Shown: positions 47,967-60,166 of the stretch, piece after piece | Numbering within the stretch: position 1 is the first letter of the stretch | How the letters are laid out: every line of letters begins with the position of its first letter | Source of the DNA: Cyanidioschyzon merolae | Lineage: Eukaryota | Direction: 5' to 3' (one strand) | DNA length: 64,000 nt | Assembly (NCBI GenBank): GCA_000091205.1 | Contig: AP006484.2 | Made by a program: the position numbers and the translations under genes | The notes under the pieces: model-generated | Database searches by the model: none | What the model was told of the DNA's origin: nothing | The model's input: only the letters and a program-made list of their open reading frames with translations

Positions 47967-50382
47967 GATGCTGGATTCTACCCGCCGTACGGATGAAACT
48001 GGTGATACCACGGCTACGGCGGACGCTGCAGGCCATGACGCTACAAGCTGGCAGCAAGTCACGGACCCGAGTCTGCATACACAACTGGACCTTGGCCTCG
48101 ATGGCATGGTGACCTCGCCCAGTGATCGTCTGCTGGTCGTGGAACGAGCACTGCGTCATGCGGTCGCCTCACTGGGCCTCGACCTGAACCTCTTGTTGCG
48201 CTATCGTCATCTGCAACCTCTGATGGCGTTTGCGCCCGGCCTTGGGGTTCGCAAAGCATCCCTTTTCATCCAGACGCTGCGAAACCAGTTTTCCAGGGGC
48301 GCCACACGACCCCCAAGCGTCCCGTCACGTCAGGCAGTATTGCGCAGCAAGGCAGCGACTCGGCGGGTGCTCGACTCGCTCATAGCGTATCTGAGGGTTT
48401 CGAGCGGGATCCACGGGACGACTAGCGGCGGTCCAGGCGCCACAGGCGAAGCGTCGACGACACTTCAGGGTGCTTCGGCGGCAGCGTATGCACGTGAACG
48501 ACTTGCCCAGTGGAGACGACGTGCTTCCAGCGTCGATGTGTCGACCTGGCGACCACTAGACGAGACCCGCATCCACCCGGTAGACGAACCGCTGGCGATG
48601 AAGATCGTTGTGGAGTCGTTGCGGGAGCACGATCCACGGTACTGGAATGCAGAGCGTTTAGCGTCGACGCCTGCAGCGGTGTTGGTGTTGCATTTGTTGG
48701 AGCATCCCGAAGCGATCGAGGAGCTCGACTTGCCCGGCTACGCAGCGCACCTGGAACAGGCTGGACACGGTCGTAAGCGGCACATTCTATTCCTGATTGC
48801 GAATGAGTTTTACCGACCATTTGCGGATTGGCGTCGGACGCGCTCCTCGTTACAAGGCAAAGCGCTCTTCTATGCCTGCACCGACCTGGATGAGTGCCTG
48901 TTTGGCTATGGAACGCGGGTGCACGCCTTTGACGGACGTCCTGTAGAGCGCGGTAGCGCTTGGCGTTGTCGTGTGGTTCCCGCAACCGCCTCGGTTGCCA
49001 GCGACTGGCTTCCTGGTCGTCTGGAGGCAGCACAAGTGCCGGCAGTCTGGCGACAAGTCCGCCAGGCAGCGACATGGGGCAGCATGTGGCCTGCTTCTGT
49101 GCATGCACGGGCGGAGGAGCGCTACTTCGGAACGCCCTCGGTTGCTGCCCTGGGGCAAGTGCCGCTCTTACCGCTTCGCGTTAAGGCTGTGGACGGAGAG
49201 GCGCTCCAGGTGCAGCTCATGGCGCTGGAGCCGTTACCAGCCGAGCTTGCGTGGTTGGCGGAGCGAATGGCGCACCTGCCGGGTCGAGTGCCGCTGGAGT
49301 CGGTGTCGCGAAGCGCGCCTCCTGGTACCACCGCAGGCACTGCAGGTGTTGACGCTTTTAACACATCGAGTGCTGCTGCTGCTGCTGCTGCTGCTACGAA
49401 TCATTTGTCCTCTTCGACGCTGCTATCCCAAAGAGCATCACGTGTGCTTCCCACGGGCCTGTTGCGCCATCCTGCGTACCGTGCGCTTAGTGGGCGTCAG
49501 GTGGTGCAGGAGCTTGCCCAAGCGCCGCCTGGCACCGTCTATTATCGTCCCTGTTCCCGCGATGCCCAAGCGGTATGTGCTTCGTTCAAAATCCACGACG
49601 AGGCGCCCATTGTGCACTTGGACTTGTTGGTGGTGGAGTCTGTGGGGTCCGGTTCCGGTGCGGTTGCCGGAAACGCCACTGGTGCTAGTGCTGGTGCTGC
49701 TCCTGCTGCTGCTGGTAGTGGCGAGCACGTCACACAGCAGTGGCAGCTGCGTCTGGATGCGGAGCTCTTCGACGACTTGGACGAGGTTTTTGCACGCTAT
49801 ATTGAACCGATTGTTCAGCTCGCCTGGAGAGCGACGCAGCATCCCAAGTTTATGCTTGTTGGTGAACACGACAACGCTGCGGCGGCTACCACGGCACTGG
49901 AAGCCTTACTACGGCAAGAGAAGGCCAAAGCTCCCAGCACCATCCCCTATCGACTCGCGTTTTGTCGACATCGTCCAGCGCATTTGGTGTTTGCGTATCT
50001 ACCGGGTCGAGCGACTGTGCTGTACGAGCCCATTACCCTCACCCCAACAGGTTACCGACTTCGTGATCAGGTGTTCTCGTCAGTTGATGACTTGGTCAGC
50101 TGGTTCAAACGCAACTGGCAGCGTTTGTTGCGTTCGCAAACCGGACCACCGCGACAACAAGCGACAGAGGCTGATTCAGATGCGGTGCTGGCGTCACTGG
50201 GAGCAGGAGCAGTTGCCGTGGGTGCATCGGCTGGAAACCGTTACCAGAGCGAGGCCTCTGCTGCGTACGGGGCGCAAGTTGGTGTCGACCAACGGGTACC
50301 TGTTGTGGGTTCTTTGGTGCAACTCGCGCAGCGAGCCCTTGAGCGTTCCGGAGCGGGCACTGGTCGGCATGCACCGCGTTAA
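44041..50382 (+). CDS. SPT6: Transcription elongation factor SPT6 (2113 aa; unusually long owing to homopolymer Ala/Gln and other low-complexity insertions).
   Basis: Acidic N-terminus (EEEEIGSDDDEDDLADFIDYGDG). HhH-like PLMAFAPGLGVRKASLFIQTLRNQFSR. C-terminal tandem SH2-like LLRHPAYRALSGRQVVQELAQAPPGTVYYRPCSRDAQAVCASFKI...IVHLDLLVVE resembling the Spt6 SH2 region. (GCT)n at ~47455-47490 and (CAA)n at ~47929-47967 encode poly-Ala and poly-Gln. Confidence 0.7.
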
Positions 50383-52255
50383 GGAGTGTGGAAAAGCGGG
50401 TTCCAGGGCTCGGCGTAGGCGGTTACCCCGGTGCTTATCCAAAGCGTACAGTGAGATAGGTTTTTATTCTAGCTGCGATGCGAGCATCGATTCCATAGCA
50501 CAATAGCATTGCGTGGAAGCACGGGGCGAACTGTATCCATGGGAGCCTCTCGAACCGGAACCTGGTGTACTATGCTATGGATGCTAGCCTTGGATTCGTC
50601 TAGCTTTCAACGCATATCTCAACGCGCATGGCATTGGTACGTTCCAGGCCGATGGTATGGATCCTGGCCTTGGATGTGTGTATCGCTTTTACCATAGGAA
50701 TAGAAACTTTTTGCGCAAGTACTTGCAGTCCGACGTTCTCGTGCATGAGCGACACCCGTTTCAGATTCAAATGGAGCACTGAACTGTTCGGTGTGTTCCA
50801 GTATTTCGATAATTTGCCAGTTATCTTCCGAGGTACAATCGCGACGCAGCAAGTGCATCAATATCGGGGACCAACGGCTTCATATGTCGTTTCTGGCAAT
50901 CCAGGCGCCATTTCGGAGTGACTCATTCGACGCTCCGTCACTGGAATTTATTGCTTCTCCGGAATCAAGCGAAATAGCGACGCCATGGAGAAAAGGTTCG
51001 TAAAGTAACAGGTATCATGATGCAATGAATAGGGGCCTGGCTTCCACGCTTCCCCTTGTGTGCACAATGCCGAAAGTATGTGTGCTTCAACTTTCCGATC
51101 TTTGTATTCAATGACAACGGGGATGCATGGCAACACAGATTGCCGAATAAGCGACACGTAAGCCTCGACGTCGTGCCTTGGCGACTTCCGCAAAAATTCA
51201 TACGGATCATTCACCGAACATGTCACGTTAAATCATGGATTCCGTTTGACTGACACATGCTCCTTTCATGTACGAAACGCCAATTCATTGCGGCAGGGTA
51301 CCTCACACACGAGGTGTGCGCTCAGAGGACCGAGCGCCATCCATTTGCATCGCAAGGTATCTTGGACTCCGACTCTAGTCATCGTAGCGATCGCTTCGAG
51401 TGGAGGTTGGATCGACGCCTGGCAGGACGGCTGCGTCGACGCATCCTCTTTGCTTGCACGGGACGCCTCCTGGGATATTCCCTCGGGCACTTGATTCATC
51501 ATGGACGACTTCACGGCGTTCTGCAAATTCTCTGTCGAATACGACACTGTGCGCTTGTACAAGCAGCGCACAGTGTACGCTCCGAGCGGATCACCCAGAA
51601 GAGGCCCGTCATCATCGAGTACAACACGCCGTGCGGAAACAGAGGCGAGCATCGACGAGGAGCCCTCTGTACCCGTCATGGGCGTGTACCGAGCAATAAA
51701 GCAAGAGCTCACGTGCAAAGTGACGGCGCTCAGCGTAGAACGTGTGGTGGAAATAGCTGTACAATGAATCGCAGTCACGTATAATACCGCTGTGAGAAGC
51801 GCATCGAAGCTGTCGACAAACAACATGAAAATGACATGCAAAGCATACATCGCTACCTGCGCCTCTTCATGGAATGCATCGACAGGAGCCGAACGTACCA
51901 GAAACCAGTATGGAACGCCATCATCCATATCCTCCTTCGACCGCTGTCAACAGACCTATCAGGCCAAAAGACACGCGCTTCGTTCAAACCGAAGATATGG
52001 AAAGAGAGGGCGCGTTCGAACGAACGCTGTCACACGAGTATCCCACCAAACCTATTATCGATGACATTGGAATCAGACCCAAAATTTAAACCCTTGTTGG
52101 CGTACCTGAGTTGCATTCTATGCTATTTCACGGGGCTCGATCCCCGCCAGGCCACGCAGTTGATGTGTTCCGTGGGTGCTCCACGATGCGAACTTGCGCA
52201 CCAACCGCTGCACTCGGGATTGCGCGCTGTTCTCTGTGTGGAGCACGTTCTCGGC

Positions 52256-52495
52256 ATGTCGTCTTCGTGTCGAGAGCTTTTCGAGGAAATGGTTCGGTGT
52301 CTTTCGGACTCGGAGTGTGTGCGTTCGCATCCTGACCCAACGCGAGCACTGAGCGACTGTGCTCGACGCGACGCCGCTGGAGTACCGGACACGTGTCGAG
52401 GGACGATTGAGGCCTACGCAACCTGTCGAAGAGCCCAGATCGATCCTGCTCGTCGGATCATGGGTAATCCAGCAGCTCGTGTCAAGCACGAATAG
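52256..52495 (+). CDS. Small twin-Cx9C (CHCH-domain) protein, probably mitochondrial intermembrane-space. The ORF track extends it upstream to 51836, but that N-terminal portion looks non-coding.
   Basis: MSSSCRELFEEMVRC...CRGTIEAYATC gives two Cx9C pairs in a helix-loop-helix arrangement. Confidence 0.35.
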   Translation: MSSSCRELFEEMVRCLSDSECVRSHPDPTRALSDCARRDAAGVPDTCRGTIEAYATCRRAQIDPARRIMGNPAARVKHE

Positions 52496-52620
52496 CATAC
52501 GGGAATACGCACACAGGTCAGGGCGAAAGAGGCTGCCGGACGTGGCCCCGGTTAGAGCGCAGGCCGTTCGGAGGAGCGCTCGCGTCCTCCGAGCTGGTCC
52601 CCGAACCAACGGGATCGCGT

Positions 52621-54573
52621 TTAGCGATGACTACGCGTACCAAGGCTCATCTTGCCCGCAAAGAGGTGATGCGGTTTGCGCGTACCGATGAAACGATCAG
52701 ACTCGCCTTGGCGGTGCTCTCGTCCGCTAAACGCGCGACGCAGCGTCCGCTGAACGAGTTTCTGGGCGTGGCGAGCCTGCACAACATCACGCAGACCAGC
52801 AGGAACCAGGGACTGATCGCTTACAGCTCGAGTTCGATAGACAACTGGTGCAGAGTGAGCTGCTTTTCTGGTCTGCTGCTTGGTGGTGCTTGGGTCGACA
52901 GCGCGCCCCCATGGTCGCTTTGCAACCGCCTGCGACGTCTTGCGTACCTTGAGAAGCGCTTTGCGCGATAGCTTAGGTCGTTGGGTGCGGTCTCGGGCAG
53001 CTTGCTGCTGACGAAGCCGTCGCTGGTTGCGAGCTTTCTCCCGAATCAGCGCGACATCGGTGTCTGACGGTTGATCAACCGGGACGTCTGCACGCGGCTC
53101 GTCACCGACGGCGTCTGAAAGCATACTCTGACGCATCGTTTCCTCTTGCTCAAGGGCAAGCAGCCTCTGATGAATCTCCGGATCAACATAGTCCGCTATG
53201 TTCTTGCCGTCTACGATCTCCGGAATGTAGTCATAGCGCCATGCTGGGTCTGTTAGGTCGTAGTGCTTGCGCCAGTCCATGCTGTAGACGCCTGCACCTC
53301 CGTGGTCGCGTTCCAGTTCACGCTCCGTCTTCCGGCCTGCTCGGCTTGTCGACAAGGTGCAGGCCAGTTCAGGTGCGGTGTTTTGGTTAAGTGCATCGTC
53401 CGCATCGCGCAGAGCCTGGCGGCGTTCGAGGACTGAAGCGGGAATCTGCGGTGTGCGAACGAGCTTCGGCTCCGCGACGTGCAGCCGGTTCAGTACAGAG
53501 TCCGTTTGTCTGCCGCTAACTTTGAGAGAGACACGCAGCGCTAAAAGTCGTTCACAAGCGCGATTACGAACCGCGAACACCGATGCATATCCGTCGTCGC
53601 CCATCGTGGATGCCGTCATCAGCTCTGCGCCCACTTGTTCGGCGGTTTCCCGTATCGCCGTCCACGTTGCCGGATCGAGTTGCTGTTCCCAGCCAAGATC
53701 CGTCTTATTGCATACCACGAAAAGAGGCTTGTCAGCGAACAGCGGTTGAAGGGAACGAAGCAAGGCCAGTTGCTGGGCTATGGCGTAGCCACAGGTCTCT
53801 GACGGGTCCACGAAGAACAGAATCGCCGCCTGGAGATGTGCCAGCGCTGTAATCGACTGCATCTCGATGGTGTTGCGCTCATCGAGGGCGTGATCCAAAA
53901 GACCAGGTGTGTCGATGACCTGCCAACGCAGGTACTGGTAATCCATATGACCGACAAACAGGGACTTTGTGGTGAACGCATACGGTTGGACGTCGACTTT
54001 GGCGTTGGTGACGCAGTTCAAGAACGATGACTTGCCAACGTTCGGATAGCCCGCAATCAGCAGCGTTCGCGTCATAGGGTCGATACTAGGTAAGCGCGCC
54101 ATATGTTGGCGCACTTGCTCCAGATACGCTAACGCTGGGCGAAGGTGTTTCACCGTTGTGCACATTCGACCCAGAGCGGCTCGTTTGAGGCACTTGGCAC
54201 GGTAGAGAGAGTCTGCGTATTTGAGTTGGCGCACGTAGTCGCGTGCAAAGCTGTCCACAAGGCTGCGTATCCGACTTACTTGACCAAGGGCCAGTTTGTA
54301 GTGATCTCGGTCATACAGCACATTCAAAATATCCGCATAAAAGGGATGTAGTTCCTCTAAAATCGGAAAGTCGCTGAGGATCTTTGTCAGGCGCTCATGA
54401 AAACATGACTGAGCATAGCGCACCTTGCGTATGTAGAACGTCCGAATCCGAGTGATCGCATACCCTGGGTGCACAACGGTGGGGGTTTTGCGCTGTGTCT
54501 GAGAGAGTACGATATCGATGAGGTCCAGTGCCTCCGGTACCACCTGGATGTGCTTTAGACCCCCTACAGTCAT
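52621..54573 (-). CDS. NOG1: Nucleolar GTP-binding protein 1 (NOG1/GTPBP4). Probable start is the Met at 54573; the ORF track extends to 54732.
   Basis: MTVGGLKHIQVVPEALDLIDIVLSQTQRKTPTVVHPGYAITRIRTFYIRKV...HPFYADILNVLYDRDHYKLALGQV matches the human NOG1 N-terminus almost residue-for-residue. G1 GYPNVGKSS, G3 DTPGLLD, G4 CNKTD. Confidence 0.85.
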   Translation of the reverse strand: MTVGGLKHIQVVPEALDLIDIVLSQTQRKTPTVVHPGYAITRIRTFYIRKVRYAQSCFHERLTKILSDFPILEELHPFYADILNVLYDRDHYKLALGQVSRIRSLVDSFARDYVRQLKYADSLYRAKCLKRAALGRMCTTVKHLRPALAYLEQVRQHMARLPSIDPMTRTLLIAGYPNVGKSSFLNCVTNAKVDVQPYAFTTKSLFVGHMDYQYLRWQVIDTPGLLDHALDERNTIEMQSITALAHLQAAILFFVDPSETCGYAIAQQLALLRSLQPLFADKPLFVVCNKTDLGWEQQLDPATWTAIRETAEQVGAELMTASTMGDDGYASVFAVRNRACERLLALRVSLKVSGRQTDSVLNRLHVAEPKLVRTPQIPASVLERRQALRDADDALNQNTAPELACTLSTSRAGRKTERELERDHGGAGVYSMDWRKHYDLTDPAWRYDYIPEIVDGKNIADYVDPEIHQRLLALEQEETMRQSMLSDAVGDEPRADVPVDQPSDTDVALIREKARNQRRLRQQQAARDRTQRPKLSRKALLKVRKTSQAVAKRPWGRAVDPSTTKQQTRKAAHSAPVVYRTRAVSDQSLVPAGLRDVVQARHAQKLVQRTLRRAFSGREHRQGESDRFIGTRKPHHLFAGKMSLGTRSHR

Positions 54574-54959
54574 GGTGTCGTCGTAAGCAAATACCAATTG
54601 GAAGCGAGCTCTTCGTGTGAAGTGAGGGCAATGGTACCCAGGGAGTACTGGCTGCTCTCGAACGCCGCGTAGTGTAGGTACGCTGTGAACGGGTACGATA
54701 GACGTGTCCCCTGGAGCCGCCTCGTTGTGCACTCACGAGGAAACAGGTGACCCGATCGCTTCGCTCGATATCGGTATTTGTATGCAGTGGAGGTCCCTTG
54801 TTCAAAAAATTCGACACCACACCGTCCCTGGTGCACTGCTTTTGTCAGGTACGTTTCCTGAACTCGGCCGGCGACATCGGTATATCCGCAGCCGACGGAG
54901 AGTGCGCTGCGGACGGCGGCGGCTGCTGCTGCTGCGGGCGGCGCGCCCCAGACGCGAAA

Positions 54960-56615
54960 GCGGGGCAGGTGCCTGGAGGCACTGATCCTCGACACGGGAA
55001 CTCGAAGCGAAGCACGGGGGAACTGTTTTCCGTATTGTGGAAAGATCACCTTGTAGGCAGGTGCCTGGAGGCACTGATCCTCGACACGGGAACTCGAAGC
55101 GAAGCACGGGGAAACTGTTTTCCGTATTGTGGAAAGATCACCTTATAGGCAGGTGCCTGGAGGCACTGATCCTCGACACGGGAACTCGAAGCGAAGCACG
55201 GGGGACCTATTTTCCGTATTGTGGAAAGATCACCTTGTAGGCAGGTGCCTGGAGGCACTGATCCACTACAGGGGAACTCGAAGCGAAGCACGGGGAAACT
55301 GTTTTCCGTATTGTGGAAAGATCACCTTGTAGGCAGGTGCCTGGAGGCACTGATCCTCGACACGGGAACTCGAAGCGAAGCACGGGGAAACTGTTTTCCG
55401 TATTGTGGAAAGATCACCTTGTAGGCAGACTGGAGGCAATGATCCTCGACACGGGAACTCGAAGCGAAGCACGGGGAAACTGTTTTCCGTATTGTGGAAA
55501 GATCACCTTATAGGCAGGTGCCTGGAGGCACTGATCCTCGACACGGGAACTCGAAGCGAAGCACGGGGAAACTGTTTTCCGTATTGTGGAAAGATCACCT
55601 TGTAGGCAGGTGCCTGGAGGCACTGATCCTCGACACGGGAACTCGAAGCGAAGCACGGGGGAACTGTTTTCCGTATTGTGGAAAGATCACCTTGTAGGCA
55701 GGTGCCTGGAGGCACTGATCCTCGACACGGGAACTCGAAGCGAAGCACGGGGAAACTGTTTTCCGTATTGTGGAAAGATCACCTTATAGGCAGGTGCCTG
55801 GAGGCACTGATCCTCGACACGGGAACTCGAAGCGAAGCACGGGGGACCTATTTTCCGTATTGTGGAAAGATCACCTTGTAGGCAGGTGCCTGGAGGCACT
55901 GATCCACTACAGGGGAACTCGAAGCGAAGCACGGGGAAACTGTTTTCCGTATTGTGGAAAGATCACCTTGTAGGCAGGTGCCTGGAGGCACTGATCCTCG
56001 ACACGGGAACTCGAAGCGAAGCACGGGGGAACTGTTTTCCGTATTGTGGAAAGATCACCTTGTAGGCAGGTGCCTGGAGGCACTGATCCTCGACACGGGA
56101 ACTCGAAGCGAAGCACGGGGAAACTGTTTTCCGTATTGTGGAAAGATCACCTTGTAGGCAGGTGCCTGGAGGCACTGATCCTCGACACGGGAACTCGAAG
56201 CGAAGCACGGGGAAACTGTTTTCCGTATTGTGGAAAGATCACCTTATAGGCAGGTGCCTGGAGGCACTGATCCTCGACAGGGGAACTCGAAGCGAAGCAC
56301 GGGGGAACTGTTTTCCGTATTGTGGAAAGATCACCTTATAGGCAGGTGCCTGGAGGCACTGATCCTCGACACGGGAACTCGAAGCGAAGCACGAACGTGC
56401 AACAAGGTCGTTCTATCCTTATGGTAAGCGTTGCACGGGGGAACTGTTTTCCGTATTGTGGAAAGATCACCTTGTAGGCAGACTGGAGGCAATGATCCTC
56501 GACACGGGAACTCGAAGCGAGGCACGAACTTACAACAATTTTGTTTCCATCCTTATGGTAAGCGAAGCACAGGGAACTATTTTCCGTATTGTGGAAAGAT
56601 CACCTGGTAGGCAGA
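54960..56615. repeat. Tandem satellite, 92-bp monomer x ~18, organised as a 7-monomer (~641 bp) higher-order repeat; sits 0.2-0.4 kb upstream of the NOG1 start.
   Basis: Monomer: gtaggcaggtgcctggaggcactgatcctcgacacgggaactcgaagcgaagcacgggg(g)aactgttttccgtattgtggaaagatcacctt. Predicted mini-ORFs recur every 92 nt (55037, 55129, 55221...). Variant monomers (GKLF..ARGTYF, GDLF..IHYRG, PLQGN) recur exactly 641 bp later at 55678, 55770 and 55862. Degenerate copies run to ~56615. Confidence 0.9.
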
Positions 56616-59600
56616 AGGTTTCGTGAGCTAGACGAGTCTGCTAGGCTGGTGCTTCACTCTCTAGACAGTGGCAGGTGCTGTGGCGAGCTCTGAGCAGCTC
56701 GTCTGCAACGCAATTCATTCTGGGACTAGGTGCAGTTAGGCTGAGTCTGGGCTTCGCACTGGTCGTGGTTGACTCCTAGCTTATCGATTCGTGCTGTCGC
56801 AGGCAGTCGGTCTGCCTGTACACTTTACATGCTCCCAGAATAGCTATGTACTCCGACTCCTTGTCGAATGGAGCAGGCATCGAGCCGAAACCCCGCCCCC
56901 CCACCAGTGGTGTGGCAAAGCCGTTCTGGCCCCGTGCTACGTACGCACTACCAGCACAGGCGCTACTGCGGGTGCTCATGGCAAGTACTCGGCGCACGAT
57001 AGACCGTACGAAACAACCAGTATATTCGAGAGGAACTAGGGGTCATGGAACCTGGAGGCCGGATGCTGCATGACGAACTTTTTTTCGAATGCTAATATCC
57101 ATCCCACAGCCTAGGAACCATGGCCAATGTAAATGCTTTTTTCAGAGAGAAACACGCGCCCAATGGAGCGATCATTACGTTTCAAAATAGAAAACAATTC
57201 TTTCATGGGATTCAACCACGGAGCGCACGGAGGAATAAAAAGCAGCTCTGCCCTTGATAGATTCGGCAAAAGCTCGAACGCGAGTCGAATGGTGAAATAC
57301 CACGTTGTCCTATAGAGGGATGTCGCCAGACGCCAGCGGAAAAGTCTTCAATGATTCGGCAAAGTCGTTGGTGCCATCGTATGAATCCTCTGTACCAGCG
57401 AAACCGCGGCCGGCAAATGAATCCACTACCGCTAGGACAGATGATGTCGTCAGAGTTCTCTTCGAGATCCATCGCGCACACAACGGGCTTCCTGCTCTGC
57501 GAGTAGTCACATGCGCTCCAAAGGTTTCACTTAACGGAGTTCTCATCGACTGAAAAAACCACCCCAAGTCCCAGTGCTTCATACCGATCGCTGAGTTCCA
57601 GGAATTCTGTTGTTGCGATTTCAGTGGAAGATGACTGTGCATAAACTAGGACTTGTTTCTGCGACTTTATGCCAGTGTTTCAGGATCACACGAATAAGAC
57701 GTTGAGAAGTATAGACGCACATGACGAATGATATCTTTGCTTTTGCTTTCCGTTAAGTGATCAAAGATTCGCCTTTGACGATGGACCGCAAGCACGCCTT
57801 GAGACGATCGGGTTTTCGCGCGGGGCATATAGTCGTGTTTCTTTCAGGGTTCCGCAGCCATCAGAGTATTGTGTTATGACTGACCTGATTCAGAAATGCA
57901 GTCCTTGTTGCGCTCTTCAGTAAAGCATATATCCTGCAGGCAATTCGACTACGATCTGTCCGGCACGTTGCATCGTGCTTTCGATCAGCTGCTATACCCC
58001 GCAGCGGAGGTTGCACCAACATTGAGTTGAGAGCCCATAAGCGAGCGCTGCGATACCTGGTGATTCATTGATGTGCGTCGGTGTAATTTTTTATCAAAAA
58101 GTGTGTGCCATAAAACCAGGTCATCTATGGGTGTGCGGGCATAGCTTCTGGCCTATCGCAACGCGCCGCTAGTCTTGGTGATGCACTGTTATGTGTTGCG
58201 ATGTCCTTTCATTAGTCAGCATGCTTCGTGGAAACCAGGATGGCTGTGAAGAACTTCACCGTGTGCACGCCCTGATGTCTGGTATGTAGTGTAGCGGGTC
58301 GTTTGGCGCAGCCACGTATGCACACGGAAACATCAGAACGCAGCTCCATACGATTACAGCTCCCGCTTTTTAGAATCAGCGTCGTGTCTGGCGATGCTGC
58401 ACAGCGCTATGTGCACAAGGCGGGGCAGTCGCACAGTAACATCGAAAGGTTTGCCTTGTGCCTTGAAGGACTCCGCACGTTGTGTTGCGCTGTTGTAATG
58501 CGCGAGACTGGGGTCCGCGTGCGTCTGTTCTCGACGGATTCAAGGCAGCGCGCAAGCATGAGCGCAAGGCGTCTTCCGCGTCTTCCGCGTGCTTCTGGGA
58601 GACTGCGCGCGCTAGCCTGTTCGTATGGACGAGGCGGATCGTAGACCAAGCCGAACAGCAATGGCAGGTTTTTTCAGAGCTCTCCCGTACTCGGAATCGT
58701 GCGCCCTTCGCGTCTCAGAGGCGTATCTGGTCGATACGCAGCGCCTGCTAAACGGTATAAAACTCGGGTTCGAATCCGTCCATGATTATCGGATGCAGCG
58801 CACGCTGCACATCAGTGGCGTTTCGCGGAGCCCCAGAAGAGCGCCTAGCTGCGTTGCGCCGGGCGAACGATGCTAGATGTTTGCCGCCCAGCGCGTTATT
58901 GCCTAATCTGGGCATCGTTGACCGCAAAAGGGTCATTCACCGGGGATACTTGCTACCTCGTGATATCTGTGATGACTTTTAGCAGATGCCCAGCGGAGCC
59001 AACATCTCGATATAGCGATCTGGGCATTACAAATCACAAAAGCCTAAAGTTCGACATGCAGCAGACAACCCCCCGGGTCGATTAAGATAGCGAGCTCTCA
59101 TACGAACGGGTTGTACGGCTGGATCAACTCGGGTTTCTCCAGATGAGCAAAACAGACTAGAGCGAAATGGCATGGGATCTGAGAGACATCCACTTGCATT
59201 CAAAGAGGGCACTTGTCTCGCATGATGGGCCGAGCCCTCGAATCATGCTTCCAAACCAAAAACGATATCTACTGAACGGCATCCAAATTTCGCAAGAGAG
59301 CTCGTTTCGCTACGAAAAGTAGAGCAAAACACCTCTGTGGTCGGTGAAAAACGCCACCAGCTCGATATGGCTGTAAACTGATGCAATCCATGGCCTGCTG
59401 GAGAGACACCGCCCCGCTTCAATTCATCTGCCCGATACTGACTCGGAACGAGTGTTACGGAAGAAAATTCGATTGAGCCGAAGAAGCAACACCTCAAACA
59501 ATCGCCAAAGAAGCTCCAGTGCGATCATTGGCGATGGAACAATGAAGATAAGAACATGACTGAGGCTCGCTAGTATCCTGTACCAACTTACACCACTTTT

Positions 59601-59911
59601 CTGGTGCAAAGAGATCGATGCATCATGCTTGAGACGCAGCTACTGCTACCTACCATAGCTGCTGCCGCAGCGAGCACTGCACCCTCTTATGGGACCGCAC
59701 CTAGTTCGACTCGAGCGCGATTCACTGAGCTACAGTGCCACTCGCATAGAGTCACCCACAGGTATTATCAAGTCTCTGCGCGTTCCGTTGATTAACTCGA
59801 AAACAACGCCACCTCAGCGGTCCCATTCACCAGGCTCCACTCGCAGCGGTTTATCCGAGTGTCGGCGCCAGCTCGCTGTACGCTGAAAGATCCTCGACGC
59901 GCACATACCGC

Positions 59912-60166
59912 CTACGACCGTTGCTGTCGCTCTATCATAGCCTTGCTAACAACTCCCATGGACTCAATGTACCTATCGACACACTTGGCTAAACAGGTCT
60001 GCTCCCCGGAGGTCAGCGTAGCGCTTGGTTTGGTCACGCACTTCTCAAAGCACTTTTCCGTCACTCGTTGTACGAGATCCTGAAACGCCTGCCGCAGCAT
60101 CTCATTTCGAACACGATCTTCAAGCTCCGCCCGCTGTGATGGCGTCAGTTGATCTATTTTATCCAT
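59912..60166 (-). CDS. TIM9: Mitochondrial import inner-membrane translocase subunit Tim9 (small Tim, twin Cx3C).
   Basis: MDKIDQLTPSQRAELE...VTEKCFEKCVTKPSATLTSGEQTCLAKCVDRYIES. CX3C...CX3C with the Tim9-diagnostic LTSxEQTC. Confidence 0.8.
   Translation of the reverse strand: MDKIDQLTPSQRAELEDRVRNEMLRQAFQDLVQRVTEKCFEKCVTKPSATLTSGEQTCLAKCVDRYIESMGVVSKAMIERQQRS

Noticed and set aside
48971-50506. 511-aa ORF in an alternative frame, and several 100-230-aa antisense ORFs (e.g. 48422-49108, 45857-46504, 44103-44690)
   Set aside because: They lie entirely inside the SPT6 coding region, whose conserved HhH/S1/SH2 blocks are in the main frame. High GC suppresses stop codons in off-frames. No conserved motifs.
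54960-56615. Periodic 64-81-aa ORFs on both strands inside the 92-bp satellite; possibility of a CRISPR-like array
   Set aside because: The ORFs are repeated because the DNA is repeated: identical translations recur every 92 nt and have no start or codon-bias support. A CRISPR array is excluded because there are no unique spacers and the genome is eukaryotic.
58755-58790. tRNA-like T-loop motif GGGTTCGAATCC at ~58764-58775
   Set aside because: Flanking sequence does not form a T-stem (CTCGG / CCGTC are not complementary), and no acceptor, D or anticodon arms could be built from the preceding ~60 nt. It looks like a chance occurrence.
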